A DNA stretch of 64,000 nt from an uncultured Oscillibacter sp. (GTDB lineage Bacteria; Bacillota; Clostridia; Oscillospirales; Oscillospiraceae). The notes below the pieces were generated by a model. It had not been told where the DNA came from and did no database searches. It saw nothing but the letters and a program-made list of their open reading frames with translations. A program made the position numbers and the translations under genes. Below, piece by piece: positions 29,596 to 43,098 of this stretch (positions within the stretch are counted from its first letter, which is position 1; each line of letters begins with the position of its first letter). Location of the stretch: NCBI GenBank assembly GCA_910583695.1, contig CAJTZL010000003.1:12937-76936 (forward strand), read 5' to 3'.

Positions 29596-30978
29596 TCAGG
29601 GGCATTCCACCCCGGCGGCGGGAGTCAGCTCCCGCAGACGCTGGTTCTCCTTTTCCACGTTCAGGCGGAACAGCAGGAGCGTGATGGCCAGATTGATGAC
29701 CATGGGGATCCACAAATACATGATGTGCAGCATGTTGAGGCAGTCGGCGCTCTGAACGGCGGCAAAGCCGTCGTAGCCGCTCCACTCCAGCAGCCAGCCG
29801 CACAGGGCCGTGCCCAGCCCGCCGCCGATTTTCACCCCCAGGGAGGTGCAGGAGTACATGGTGCCGTCCACGCGCTTCCCCTTGGTCAGGAAGGTGTATT
29901 CGGAGCACGACGCGATGAGCGCGTTCAAGTCACCCTGGAGGGGGCTCATGCCGAAGGCGGCCACGCCGGAGAACAGCAGCATCAGCGGAATGCTGTGGAG
30001 ATACCCCGCCGCGAGGACCAGGGCCCGGCCTATGGTGCCGATGATGTAGCCCCCCAGGTTCAAGCGGTACATTCCGCGGAACTTCTCCACCAGGATGGGA
30101 GTGAGCATCAGGCCGACGATGATGGGGAGGTTGATGGCCCAGGAGAAGACGCCCAGCAGATTCTCATTTCCCAGCACGAAGGTCATGTAGAAAATGCCCA
30201 TGTTCAGTGTGGCGGTGTAGACCTGCATGAGTATGTAGGTGACGCAGATGATGAGGTAATAGCGGTTGGCGGCCAGCAGCCGGGCGGCGTCCGCCAGGGA
30301 GTACGCCTCCTCCGGCGCGTCGGGGACGGCGTCCTCGGCCAGCTCCTCCTCCGGCAGCTCCTTTACGGACAGTACGGAGAGGGTGTTGGTCACAAGGCCG
30401 ATGACGGCGTAGATCACCGCCATCCACCGCCAGCCGGAGGCCCCGCCGCCCAGGGCCGCCACGGCGCCCACAGTCACCGACTGAATCAGCAGGCTGGTGC
30501 CGAAGGCGAATACGAACCGGATGGAGCCCATCTGCACCCGCTCGGCGCTGTTTTTTGTGACCAGGGCGGTGAGAGCCGAATAGGCGATGTTGTTGGCGGT
30601 GTAGAACACCGCGTTGAGCAGGGTGTAGGCGATGAAGAACCACGCATATTTCGCGAAATCGCTCATGTCCGCAGGAATAAAGAAGATGGCCGCCAGGGTC
30701 ACGGCGCAGCCCAGATAGCCCCAGAGCATCCAGGGTCTGGCCTTGCCCATTCTGGTGCGGGTCTTGTCGATCATGGCGCCGAACAGGATGTCCGTCACCC
30801 CGTCGAAGAGCTTGGACACGGCGATGAGCGTGCCCACAATGCCGGAGCTCAGTCCCACCGTGTTGGTGAGAAAGATCATCACGAAGGAGCTGAGCAGGGC
30901 GTATACCACATTGCCCGCAATATCCCCGGAGCCGTACCCCACCTTGTTGTACCAGCGCAGATATTTTTTCTCCGTCAT
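29596..30978 (-). CDS. GPH family (MelB-like) glycoside:cation symporter
   Basis: KVGYGSGD, TRMGKARPW, about 12 TMs; downstream of beta-galactosidase. Confidence 0.9.
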   Translation of the reverse strand: MTEKKYLRWYNKVGYGSGDIAGNVVYALLSSFVMIFLTNTVGLSSGIVGTLIAVSKLFDGVTDILFGAMIDKTRTRMGKARPWMLWGYLGCAVTLAAIFFIPADMSDFAKYAWFFIAYTLLNAVFYTANNIAYSALTALVTKNSAERVQMGSIRFVFAFGTSLLIQSVTVGAVAALGGGASGWRWMAVIYAVIGLVTNTLSVLSVKELPEEELAEDAVPDAPEEAYSLADAARLLAANRYYLIICVTYILMQVYTATLNMGIFYMTFVLGNENLLGVFSWAINLPIIVGLMLTPILVEKFRGMYRLNLGGYIIGTIGRALVLAAGYLHSIPLMLLFSGVAAFGMSPLQGDLNALIASCSEYTFLTKGKRVDGTMYSCTSLGVKIGGGLGTALCGWLLEWSGYDGFAAVQSADCLNMLHIMYLWIPMVINLAITLLLFRLNVEKENQRLRELTPAAGVECP

Positions 30979-30994
30979 GCCGTTCCTCTCCTTT

Positions 30995-35177
<4,183 letters not shown>

Positions 35178-35333
35178 ACCGCAGGGGAAACGGCGATTCG
35201 GCTCCGGCTGGAACCTGCCTGCCGTGCGGCGCATGGAGTATCCCGGGCACGGCGTCGGAGAGGATGCCGTGCCCGCCGCTGTGTCCATGTGGTTTCACAA
35301 TGCAAGCCTCTGTGTGAAAGGCGCTTCTCCGTT

Positions 35334-36128
35334 ATGTCTCTGCCTGGTTTTCCCAACGTTGACCCGCCCATCCAGCGGGAAGACGCCGTCAACCAGACCC
35401 GCTCCTCCATCGCCATGGAGGAACTTGGCCTGAGTCACCTGCTCAACATGGAGGAGGAGAAACTGCAATACGTCTTGGGCACGCTGCCGGGCCTTGCCGT
35501 GGGAGTCTTCCTGGAGGAGGTGATCCGGGTAAACCGGAGCGTGAAGGACACCCTCTCCGGCATTGTGGAGCGGCAGATAATGCGTTCCTCCAAGCTGAGC
35601 ACGGCGATGAAAGCCCCCGTGCTTCTTCCCGGCCCGGCAGGGCCCGCCGGAGACATCCCCAATTCCGATGGAGCCGACGGGGCTATGGGACCCATGTCGA
35701 ACCCGCCCACGGCCGCCGCCTCCTTCGCCGCCTACACCCAGGGCGGCCGTGTGGGATTGAACCAATATGAGATGTGGAAAGGCACGGATATCGGCCTTCC
35801 GGATGAGCGGGTCCTCTCTCCGGATATCCTCACAGACTACAGAAGCGCGGCGTTTCTCCTGGCCAAGGGGGCGTCTGTCAGGTCTTCTACCGGGTGAATC
35901 TGGCGGTTCCCCGGATGGTGGGAATCCGGCTGGACCTCACCGGCGACTTCCACCCGCAGAGCACGGTGGTCCCCACGGTCTCCACAGCCTACTTTGCCCA
36001 CACCCTCACGACATACCTGCCGGAAAACAGCATCGTCATCTTGCAGGTCTATTCCCTTACGGGGGACGTCATTCTGGCCGGCGGCACCGCGGGCGCTTCT
36101 TTGTCGATTGTCCGGCTGAGCGATTGAG
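35334..36128 (+). pseudogene. decayed collagen-like spore-surface protein gene
   Basis: N-terminus SIAMEELGLSHLLN..EKLQYVLGTLPG as in clostridial collagen-like proteins; only a few Gly-X-Y triplets; C-terminal part in a separate ORF (35894-36127). Confidence 0.55.
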
Positions 36129-36210
36129 AGCGGTTATGTTCCCGGATGGATGCTAGATAGATATGAGGCAGCAGGGACCTCCGCCGGGAGGCTTTATGAT
36201 ATAATATAAG

Positions 36211-36390
36211 TTGCCGCGTAACGAAGGGCAGAAACATTTTCCGGGCTCTTGGGAACCTGGAAAACTTCTTTTGCGGCGTTTGACGGCCCATAGTGGTCGT
36301 GCGACTGCCCCAGCCTTCCGGGCCTGGGCGCTTTGGTTCCTATATCCCCGCCATGCAGGCGTTGACACATTTTCTCAATGGCGGCATTTT
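36211..36390 (+). ncRNA. candidate structured ncRNA, possibly 6S-like
   Basis: TGaTATAAT at 36197-36205; no credible ORF; 5' TGCCGC pairs with 3' GCGGCA followed by TTTT; internal GGGAACC/GGTTCCT stem. Confidence 0.35.
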
Positions 36391-36490
36391 CTTGAGGATG
36401 AATCTTGCGATGCATTTTATTTTACCGGAGTGCGAAAAAGCATTAGTATTTGCCAGTGAAATTTTTTCAAAAGAAATTTTAAAATAGGGC

Positions 36491-36519
36491 TTGCATTTTC
36501 TGGAGAAGTATGCTAATCT
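36491..36519 (+). promoter_or_regulatory. tRNA promoter
   Basis: TTGCAT-17-TAATCT with TG extension and AT-rich upstream region. Confidence 0.7.
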
Positions 36520-36546
36520 ATACAAGCTGACATGAGTGAACAATAT

Positions 36547-36622
<76 letters not shown>

Positions 36623-36666
36623 GAAAAATTCCTTAGAGCCGCAAGGCTTTGAGGAATTTTTCTTTT
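36623..36666 (+). terminator. terminator after tRNA
   Basis: GAAAAATTCCTTAGAGCC-GCAA-GGCTTTGAGGAATTTTTC followed by a T run. Confidence 0.8.
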
Positions 36667-36738
36667 CCATTTGCTGGGTAATTTCAACCCGGGCATTTAC
36701 CATAATTTATGCCGTTTTCGGCCCTTTTTCGGTATCGT

Positions 36739-36758
36739 TGTTGCAAAACTGTTGCAAA
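36739..36758. repeat. putative integrase arm-type sites
   Basis: TGTTGCAAA twice with 11 bp period between tRNA and int. Confidence 0.5.
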
Positions 36759-36894
36759 TTTTCAAAAGGGGCCTATCCGTTGTGCCGCAGTTGATACATG
36801 GCTTTTAGGGTTCCGAAGGCCAATTTCGCCCCGACGGAGCCGCCTGGCGGGAAGATTTTCGGAGTATGCCGCAGCCTTGCGGTGTACTCTATTT

Positions 36895-37971
36895 TTATGC
36901 GCTGCTCCGCAGGGCCTCCCGGACCTTCTCAGCAGTCTTTGCCTCTCTGGAGCGACGGTCATAATGGGTGTACACCTTCAACGTCATATCTATGGTGCTA
37001 TGTCCGGCGAGATACTGAATCTCCTTAATATCCAGGCCAGCCTCAAACAGCCGGGTGATGTAGGTATGACGGAGAATATGTGCGGTGACGTGCCTGTCCG
37101 GCAGCTCTCGCTCAATCAGCTTCCACATGCTCCGGTAGGAGGATTTCGTCAGCGGCTTATGGTCCTCCATGGCAATCACATACTGAGAATGTGAGGTTTT
37201 CTTCCGCTCAGAGAGCCATGCCTCCAATTCCTCGGAAAGCGGGATGTTCCGCTTGGCAGCTTTCGTCTTCATCTCTCCGGAAACCTTGGTTTCGCCCTCT
37301 TTGACTACCGCGTTATGCTGGACGTGGATGACTTTCGCCTTGAAGTCAATATCCTTCCACTGGAGTCCCAGGATTTCACCCCGCCGCATTCCGGTGTGCA
37401 GAGCCGTCAGCAGGAACGTTCGAGCTCGGGTGTTCTGGACCCTGGACAAAAGAGCTTGGCACTCGCCGGCCGTCAGCGTTTCCTTCTCTTGCGTGGCCTT
37501 GCCTGTGGGCTTCAGCATTGTACTCACAGGAGACTTTGCAACAAGGCCGTTTTCCATCGCCACATTAAAAATACTCCGCAGATTCATCAAGACCTTCGCC
37601 TGGAGAGAATTGCTTTTACCCGAAAGTCCCGCCATGATGGACTGAATCTGCATAGGGTTAATTTCCCGAAGAAGGCAGCCGCCGATATAAGGAAGGATGT
37701 GCTGATTCAAGACGTATTTGATGGAGTTCAGGCTATTCTCACGGAGGTATGGCTTTTTGTAAAGATCGTACCACAACTGGGAGAAGTGGGCGAAGGTTTC
37801 CTCGCTGCATATGTCCACGCCAGACTTGACGAGAATCTGGGCCTTCAGAACTTTTTCATCCAGTTCTTCCTGGGTTTTTGCTCGGAAGTATTTGCGGGTT
37901 CCGTCGGGAAGCTGGACTGCTTTGGTAAGGTACTTATAGGTTTTCCTTGCTTTTTGAGCTTTCTTTGCCAT
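36895..37971 (-). CDS. int: tyrosine recombinase (integrase)
   Basis: TGMRRGEILGL, KTK, HILRHT, LAGH, VYTH catalytic residues. Confidence 0.95.
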   Translation of the reverse strand: MAKKAQKARKTYKYLTKAVQLPDGTRKYFRAKTQEELDEKVLKAQILVKSGVDICSEETFAHFSQLWYDLYKKPYLRENSLNSIKYVLNQHILPYIGGCLLREINPMQIQSIMAGLSGKSNSLQAKVLMNLRSIFNVAMENGLVAKSPVSTMLKPTGKATQEKETLTAGECQALLSRVQNTRARTFLLTALHTGMRRGEILGLQWKDIDFKAKVIHVQHNAVVKEGETKVSGEMKTKAAKRNIPLSEELEAWLSERKKTSHSQYVIAMEDHKPLTKSSYRSMWKLIERELPDRHVTAHILRHTYITRLFEAGLDIKEIQYLAGHSTIDMTLKVYTHYDRRSREAKTAEKVREALRSSA

Positions 37972-38081
37972 ACGGCATTCTCCTTTCAATAATGCCTTGC
38001 AGTACAGTGCTCTTATTATACCGCAATAACAAGGGCTCTACAAGGTATTATTTTATTTCCCTTTGCCGATAAAATGCGCCC

Positions 38082-38315
38082 TCACCTGATCTGCCACTTT
38101 CGGGATGCAGGTCTCGAAACCTCCTTCGGAGGCGCAGAACCCTCCAGGTAGGCTTCCAGGGCCTCAATGGTAACGAGGTACTTCCTGCCCACACGGGCGC
38201 TGGGAACGGCTCCTGTGCGTAACAGCGTGCGGATAGCCGTTTCGGTCAAGCAGGTATGCGGGTCGCTTTCCTGAAAATAAGCCGCCGCTTCTCGGATGGT
38301 TCTGGTGTGTACCAT
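38082..38315 (-). CDS. excisionase-like HTH protein
   Basis: TIREAA, IRTLLRTGAVPSARVGRKYLV; upstream of int; RBS GAGGAG. Confidence 0.85.
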   Translation of the reverse strand: MVHTRTIREAAAYFQESDPHTCLTETAIRTLLRTGAVPSARVGRKYLVTIEALEAYLEGSAPPKEVSRPASRKWQIR

Positions 38316-38408
38316 AAGATCGCTCCTCTTTCAAAAGAAAATCTTTAAGACAAAAGATACTCCCCGGACCCCAAACGGCCCAGGGAGTATCCTTTTTTTG
38401 GTAGTTTA

Positions 38409-38502
38409 ATCATACCACAGGGATCAAGGGAATTACAAGACCCTAGAAGGAGGAATTTATAGGGAATTAGCAGGGAACTATACGGTACTTCAAAGGGAAT
38501 TA
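38409..38502 (-). promoter_or_regulatory. xis-int promoter with helically phased direct repeats
   Basis: Minus TTGTAA-18-TATGAT with TG extension; AGGGAATTA-like repeats at 38427, 38450, 38461, 38472 and 38494. Confidence 0.6.
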
Positions 38503-38985
38503 GTGACTGTTGACCGCACACTCATACATTTTGACGAGCGTGGCCAGGGCTTCCTTCTTCAAATTCCGAATCGTCTTAGCGGAACGCCCCAAAACCTTTT
38601 CTACATCTTTTTGCTTCATACATTTGATATACAGCAAATGAAGCACTTCAGCCTGTTTCGGGTACAGGAGAGAAATGTAGTAGTTCAGCCGGTCCTGCTC
38701 TTGTTCCAGTTTCAGCAGCTCAACGGCAATTTCATCTGTTATGCCGCTGTTCATCTTCTGGGTCTTTTCCTGGTAGTTAAGAGCAATATACATCGTCTTA
38801 TTAGAGATATGGCTGCCAGATCGCCCGAGTCCGTTATTATGGGCGAGAGCCATAGCATAGATCTGTGCATTTTCCGAACTAGACGCTGGATGTTCCAGTT
38901 CATAGCGCAGAACGTTGATTTTCTGTTCACGATCAGTATAGGTTTTTAGTAGTTCTTCAACATAGGCTTTCATGTCGACATTCAT
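38500..38985 (-). CDS. ArpU/RinA-like activator with sigma region-4 HTH
   Basis: Coiled N-terminus, SNKT motif, C-terminal QAEVLHLLY..VEKVLGRSAKTIRNLKKEAL. Confidence 0.7.
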   Translation of the reverse strand: MNVDMKAYVEELLKTYTDREQKINVLRYELEHPASSSENAQIYAMALAHNNGLGRSGSHISNKTMYIALNYQEKTQKMNSGITDEIAVELLKLEQEQDRLNYYISLLYPKQAEVLHLLYIKCMKQKDVEKVLGRSAKTIRNLKKEALATLVKMYECAVNSH

Positions 38986-39285
38986 GCTTAAAATCCTTTC
39001 CAATAATAGCGGATATATCTGGAGCTGTTAATTCAGCCAACTTTTTCTCCTTCTTAGCAAGTGTCAGAAATTCTATTATGGCTTTCTATAAAGCACAATT
39101 TTTCCAGCATGATTGAAAATAGTCGCTTTTTGTCGAATTGAAACAAACAACCGCCCCAAACAAAGGGCGGTCGTTTATTTCGCGAGAAACATAAAGATAA
39201 GTTATCTGAAATCAATAAAAAATTTTTCATGGCAATTGTCCTTTCTTTCGAGGTGAGAACAGTCTACCACCAAATTCTGACAATA

Positions 39286-40026
39286 TTATAACTGTTTTCT
39301 GACATTATCCTCACACTTATCGCAAGTTTCGACATATGGTCTAAACCGATATCCAAAACCGCGAACAGTTTGAATATAGGATGGATTCTTTGGTTGCGGT
39401 TCAATTTGTTTCCGCAGTAGATAAATGGGATGATAAATGCCGTAGTCATAGCCGTTAGACATTCCCCAAACGTGATTGCATATCTGCTTTGTACTCAACA
39501 CGATATTAGGATTACGCATGAAGTATAGCAACAGGGAAAATTCTCGTGGCCGTAGATTCACAGATTGACCTTGAACTTTCACTTTGCAACGAGCTGGATC
39601 TATGAAAAAATCTCCTATTTGGAAAGCTGAGACCTCTGCTCCACTTGGATTGCTATAATGATTGTACTCTGTATAGCGTCGTAGTTGAGCATAGGCTAAA
39701 TCTGCAATTATAGTGTGATACTTACTTGAAACACAAATATCCGCGCCCAACTGCACCAATAAATGCGTGTCTTGTTCCGGCGTGTCGGACAACACAATTA
39801 TCGGTGCAAAACTGATTCTCCGGATTCCAGATAGCCAGTCACTCGAGTGTACACTCCGTAGGTACTCTATGTCTACAATCAAAAGGTGAAACACATTTTG
39901 CTCCAACAAGTAGGATGCATCTCTCGTTGTTGATGCTGGTATAAGATGTAAATACACTGAAAGCAAAGACTGGATTATAGAGAATAATTCATCGGCCAGC
40001 CCAATTGTTAATGCCTGGTATTTCAT
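39286..40026 (-). CDS. orphan OmpR-family response regulator with atypical receiver
   Basis: wHTH LRPREFSLL..LRKQIE..IQTVRGFGYRF; receiver lacks the DD pocket and KP; no kinase nearby. Confidence 0.85.
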   Translation of the reverse strand: MKYQALTIGLADELFSIIQSLLSVYLHLIPASTTRDASYLLEQNVFHLLIVDIEYLRSVHSSDWLSGIRRISFAPIIVLSDTPEQDTHLLVQLGADICVSSKYHTIIADLAYAQLRRYTEYNHYSNPSGAEVSAFQIGDFFIDPARCKVKVQGQSVNLRPREFSLLLYFMRNPNIVLSTKQICNHVWGMSNGYDYGIYHPIYLLRKQIEPQPKNPSYIQTVRGFGYRFRPYVETCDKCEDNVRKQL

Positions 40027-40196
40027 TTGGATATTCCTGCCTCCCTATAATACATCTCGCGGTGGGCTTTTATTAAGGCTAGCTCTCTAAGATGGTTAAT
40101 CTATAAAATTTTGATAAAAGATTATTCTTGTGTGCATCTATAATTAGAGCTTATCCCCCTCACGGATAAATGCCGCTTACCAAAACGATAAACCAA

Positions 40197-40272
40197 GGCC
40201 ACGGTAGGGCAAAAACCGTCCCTCCGTGGCCGAATGTACATAAAAAGCGAAACGGGTTGACACAGTATAGCA
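40197..40272 (-). promoter_or_regulatory. promoter and leader hairpin of the response regulator
   Basis: Minus TGcTATACT at 40272-40264; hairpin GGCCACGG..CCGTGGCC at 40197-40231. Confidence 0.5.
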
Positions 40273-40754
40273 AGAACAACGCAAGAAAACAATGGCAATA
40301 ATTTACTTTTGAGAAACATTTGGAGTAAAAATATGGACTTTTATTATCCAAAACTCGCAATAATTGATCTAAAAAGCACAATATTCTATTCATTCATATA
40401 TGTCTCTGTTAAGCAGTTTCTATTGCCAATACTTTCAAAAGTATCGAATATAAAGCATATAAATGTAAGATTTCCTCCAAGTGATTATTCATAAATCGAA
40501 AGCCATGCCTACCAAATTTAAATAAGTAGCAGGTCCTCACCCGTGAGCTGGGTCAGGATGTTGTGGACACATGGGCTGGTATGAAGCGGCGGGTGCTGGC
40601 GAACCCGCTGACCGCACCTATATCACCGTGGAGCCAGGCGCTAGACCGCCGGGATTCGGCAAAACTACATCACCACCCTTGTACTGGCGGGGACCCATGT
40701 TTTGAGCTGTCGACAACGTGGGTATTTTTTAGGAAAGGCAAGTGCCAAGGCAAG

Positions 40755-40776
40755 AAAAAAGATGCCTTGCGGCATC
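40755..40776 (-). terminator. intrinsic terminator
   Basis: Minus GATGCC-GCAA-GGCATC-TTTTTT. Confidence 0.7.
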
Positions 40777-40808
40777 ATTCCATATCAGTAATTCCCTAGC
40801 AAAGTCAT

Positions 40809-40843
40809 AAAGCGAAACCCTGAATATCAGGGTTTCGCTTTTC
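40809..40843. terminator. terminator after the XRE gene
   Basis: AAAGCGAAACCCTGA-ATA-TCAGGGTTTCGCTTT. Confidence 0.75.
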
Positions 40844-40844
40844 T

Positions 40845-41174
40845 TCATTTTGTACATTCAATGGCCGCATCAAGTATTTTCATAATATGCTGCCGTTTTT
40901 CCGCTGGAACTGATAATAGCTTTCGTGCAATAAAATCACATTCGCTTCCCACGCCCCCAAATAAAAGCGCATCAGCAGACGTATTCAATGCAGTTGAGAA
41001 GGCTCTGATCGACTCAGAAGAAAGTCCAGATCGTCCACGCTCTACCTCTTGAATGAAGTTTGCACTGTACCCAACACGTAATGCAAGTTCATCCCTGGTC
41101 AACTTCAAGTCCTGACGCAACTGCTTAATGCGTGCTCCGACTTCGATATTGACGTTTTTAAGACTCCTCGGCAT
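40845..41174 (-). CDS. XRE-family repressor
   Basis: VGARIKQLR..LTRDELA..IQEVERG. Confidence 0.88.
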   Translation of the reverse strand: MPRSLKNVNIEVGARIKQLRQDLKLTRDELALRVGYSANFIQEVERGRSGLSSESIRAFSTALNTSADALLFGGVGSECDFIARKLLSVPAEKRQHIMKILDAAIECTK

Positions 41175-41496
41175 AGCATTACACCACCTTAATTAGTAGT
41201 GTAACCCATAGTTAATGGTTGCAAAATTTGTACAAGCTGGTATTATATAAGTAGCAATACACCGCGTCTGGGCATACCAGCCAAAAAGGAAGTTATTAGT
41301 TGCACAAAACTCACAAGATCATACGCAATAAAACAGTTTGCATATTGACTAACGAATTTCTTGCTCCAAATCACGAAATAAGCTTGAGCAAAAAAAATCC
41401 TCAATCGTTAGCTCTTATAAATAATATTGGGTTGATAGCAAATGAGGATTGCATTAAAGATCTGTACACTAAATTGGGGCGAAAGGGTGCATAAAA

Positions 41497-41748
41497 ATGA
41501 AATCCATAGGAATTGTCCGAAAAATTGACGGCTTAGGCAGAATTGTAATTCCAAAAGAAACTAGAAAAATGTTGGGTATTTTTATTCATGACCCAATAGA
41601 AATACTAATAGAAGGCGATAAAATATTGCTCCGCAAACATGTTGAAATCTGCTCTATGTGCGGAAAGGACAAAACATTGCAATCAATTGGAAACTTAAAA
41701 TTGTGTCGAGCTTGTATCCAGAAAATTATTGAACATGATAAACAATAA
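41497..41748 (+). CDS. AbrB family DNA-binding protein
   Basis: MKSIGIVRKIDGLGRIVIPKE plus CxxC..CxxC tail typical of clostridial AbrB. Confidence 0.9.
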   Translation: MKSIGIVRKIDGLGRIVIPKETRKMLGIFIHDPIEILIEGDKILLRKHVEICSMCGKDKTLQSIGNLKLCRACIQKIIEHDKQ

Positions 41749-41836
41749 AATCAACAATCGTTACAAATATTTGATATCTATTTGAGGAATGATTCCAAAA
41801 ACCACCTAAAGTCTCTCTTTTTCAGGGCAGGCATTT

Positions 41837-41875
41837 GTCAGAGCAGCTGATCCTTGGTAGATCAGCTGCTCTGAC
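41837..41875. terminator. perfect 16 bp stem hairpin between convergent genes
   Basis: GTCAGAGCAGCTGATC-CTTGGTA-GATCAGCTGCTCTGAC. Confidence 0.75.
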
Positions 41876-41930
41876 TTGCGGCGCATCAATTAGCAGCATT
41901 GTCGTGCAACAGCATGTATATTTGTGCTGA

Positions 41931-41978
41931 CGCTCCCGTCACCGCTCCCGTCACCGCTCCCGTCACCGTTCCCGTTAC
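41931..41978. repeat. 12 bp tandem repeat, four copies
   Basis: CGCTCCCGTCAC three times plus CGTTCCCGTTAC; last copy contains the stop codon of 41975-42994. Confidence 0.85.
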
Positions 41979-42994
41979 CGATGCCGGATACTGTAGGTAT
42001 CGTTATTGCCAGCGAAAGACAAGCTAATCTTATCACTAGAAATCTTCCACACATTCTGCATGGTAGAAGAGTCCTTCCCCCAGCCAACGTAACTGCTTCC
42101 GTTGTAGAGCTGGCAATACAGGCTACGGCCTCCAGTCATATAGGTGCCATCAGACTGGTTATCGCTACCATAAGGCACCAGAGACGCAAAACGATAGAAT
42201 CTGCAATTGATCCTGCCGTTGCTGGCGGTGGTCAGGTTTCCGGCAGAAACTCTGATATCGGTATCGAGCGGAGTGCCAACATAACTCCCAGCGGAGTTTG
42301 TGAACTGGACATACATGTGGACTGTCGTCGTGTTGACAGGCTTGACAGTGATGATGGCATTCGTTGCCGTGGAAGGCGCCTTGTAAACGTCAGGATATGT
42401 GTATGCGGTTCCATGTCCCACGTCGTAGTGATAGGGGATCCATCCGCCTCCCTTATTGATCAGGCCCAGATCAATGCCATGGTCAGAGCCGTAGATGCCC
42501 AGGCAAACAAAGCCGTTCCGCAGATTTCCGCCATTGTTAAAGCCGGTAGGAAGTTGGATATTGGCAAAGGCACTGGTATAGCTTGCACTATACGTCGAAA
42601 AAGCGTAATAGTGCGCACCAACTTCGCGCTCCCGGAACAGGGCAGAGCCCTTGATAACGGTCAGATCATCCACCGCCAGCGGATCAACGGAATTATCGGT
42701 GAAGTCCCCGAAATCACCAATAATGCCAGTGGGGGATTTAAATTCCGGGTCTGTGATCGGAATGGCTTCCACCATGATCCCAGTGGACTCCCCGCCGATT
42801 TCAGGAACGTCCTCCGCGAACACAACTTCCGTTGTTTCGGCATTTCTGGTCATGGGCATACCCGCGACGAGCATTTCAGTACCCTGCACCATCTCGGATT
42901 CAGGGATGTCCTCAGCGAAAGCGGTCGTGACGCTGGTGGCACTCAGCATCATCACGGACAAAAAGGCAGCCAGGATTCTTTTGTATCGTCTCAT
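41975..42994 (-). CDS. secreted protein with acidic pro-region and beta-rich domain
   Basis: Signal peptide ending AFA; RBS AGGAGG; aromatic/Gly/Asn-rich C-terminal domain. Confidence 0.8.
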   Translation of the reverse strand: MRRYKRILAAFLSVMMLSATSVTTAFAEDIPESEMVQGTEMLVAGMPMTRNAETTEVVFAEDVPEIGGESTGIMVEAIPITDPEFKSPTGIIGDFGDFTDNSVDPLAVDDLTVIKGSALFREREVGAHYYAFSTYSASYTSAFANIQLPTGFNNGGNLRNGFVCLGIYGSDHGIDLGLINKGGGWIPYHYDVGHGTAYTYPDVYKAPSTATNAIITVKPVNTTTVHMYVQFTNSAGSYVGTPLDTDIRVSAGNLTTASNGRINCRFYRFASLVPYGSDNQSDGTYMTGGRSLYCQLYNGSSYVGWGKDSSTMQNVWKISSDKISLSFAGNNDTYSIRHR

Positions 42995-43098
42995 GAAAAC
43001 CTCCTATGTGTATCCATATTGAATGAACAAGGCCCGGAGAAATATTCTATCCGGGCCACACAGAGCCCATTGGAATCACCCCCTTTCCACGCAATTCC

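Noticed and set aside
36303-36332. SRP RNA (minus-strand CAGGCCCGGAAGG)
   Set aside because: The following bases do not give the conserved AGCAG pairing, and the clear promoter is on the plus strand.
41300-41494. 64-aa ORF upstream of abrB
   Set aside because: TTG start, AT-rich, no motif; more likely promoter or leader sequence.
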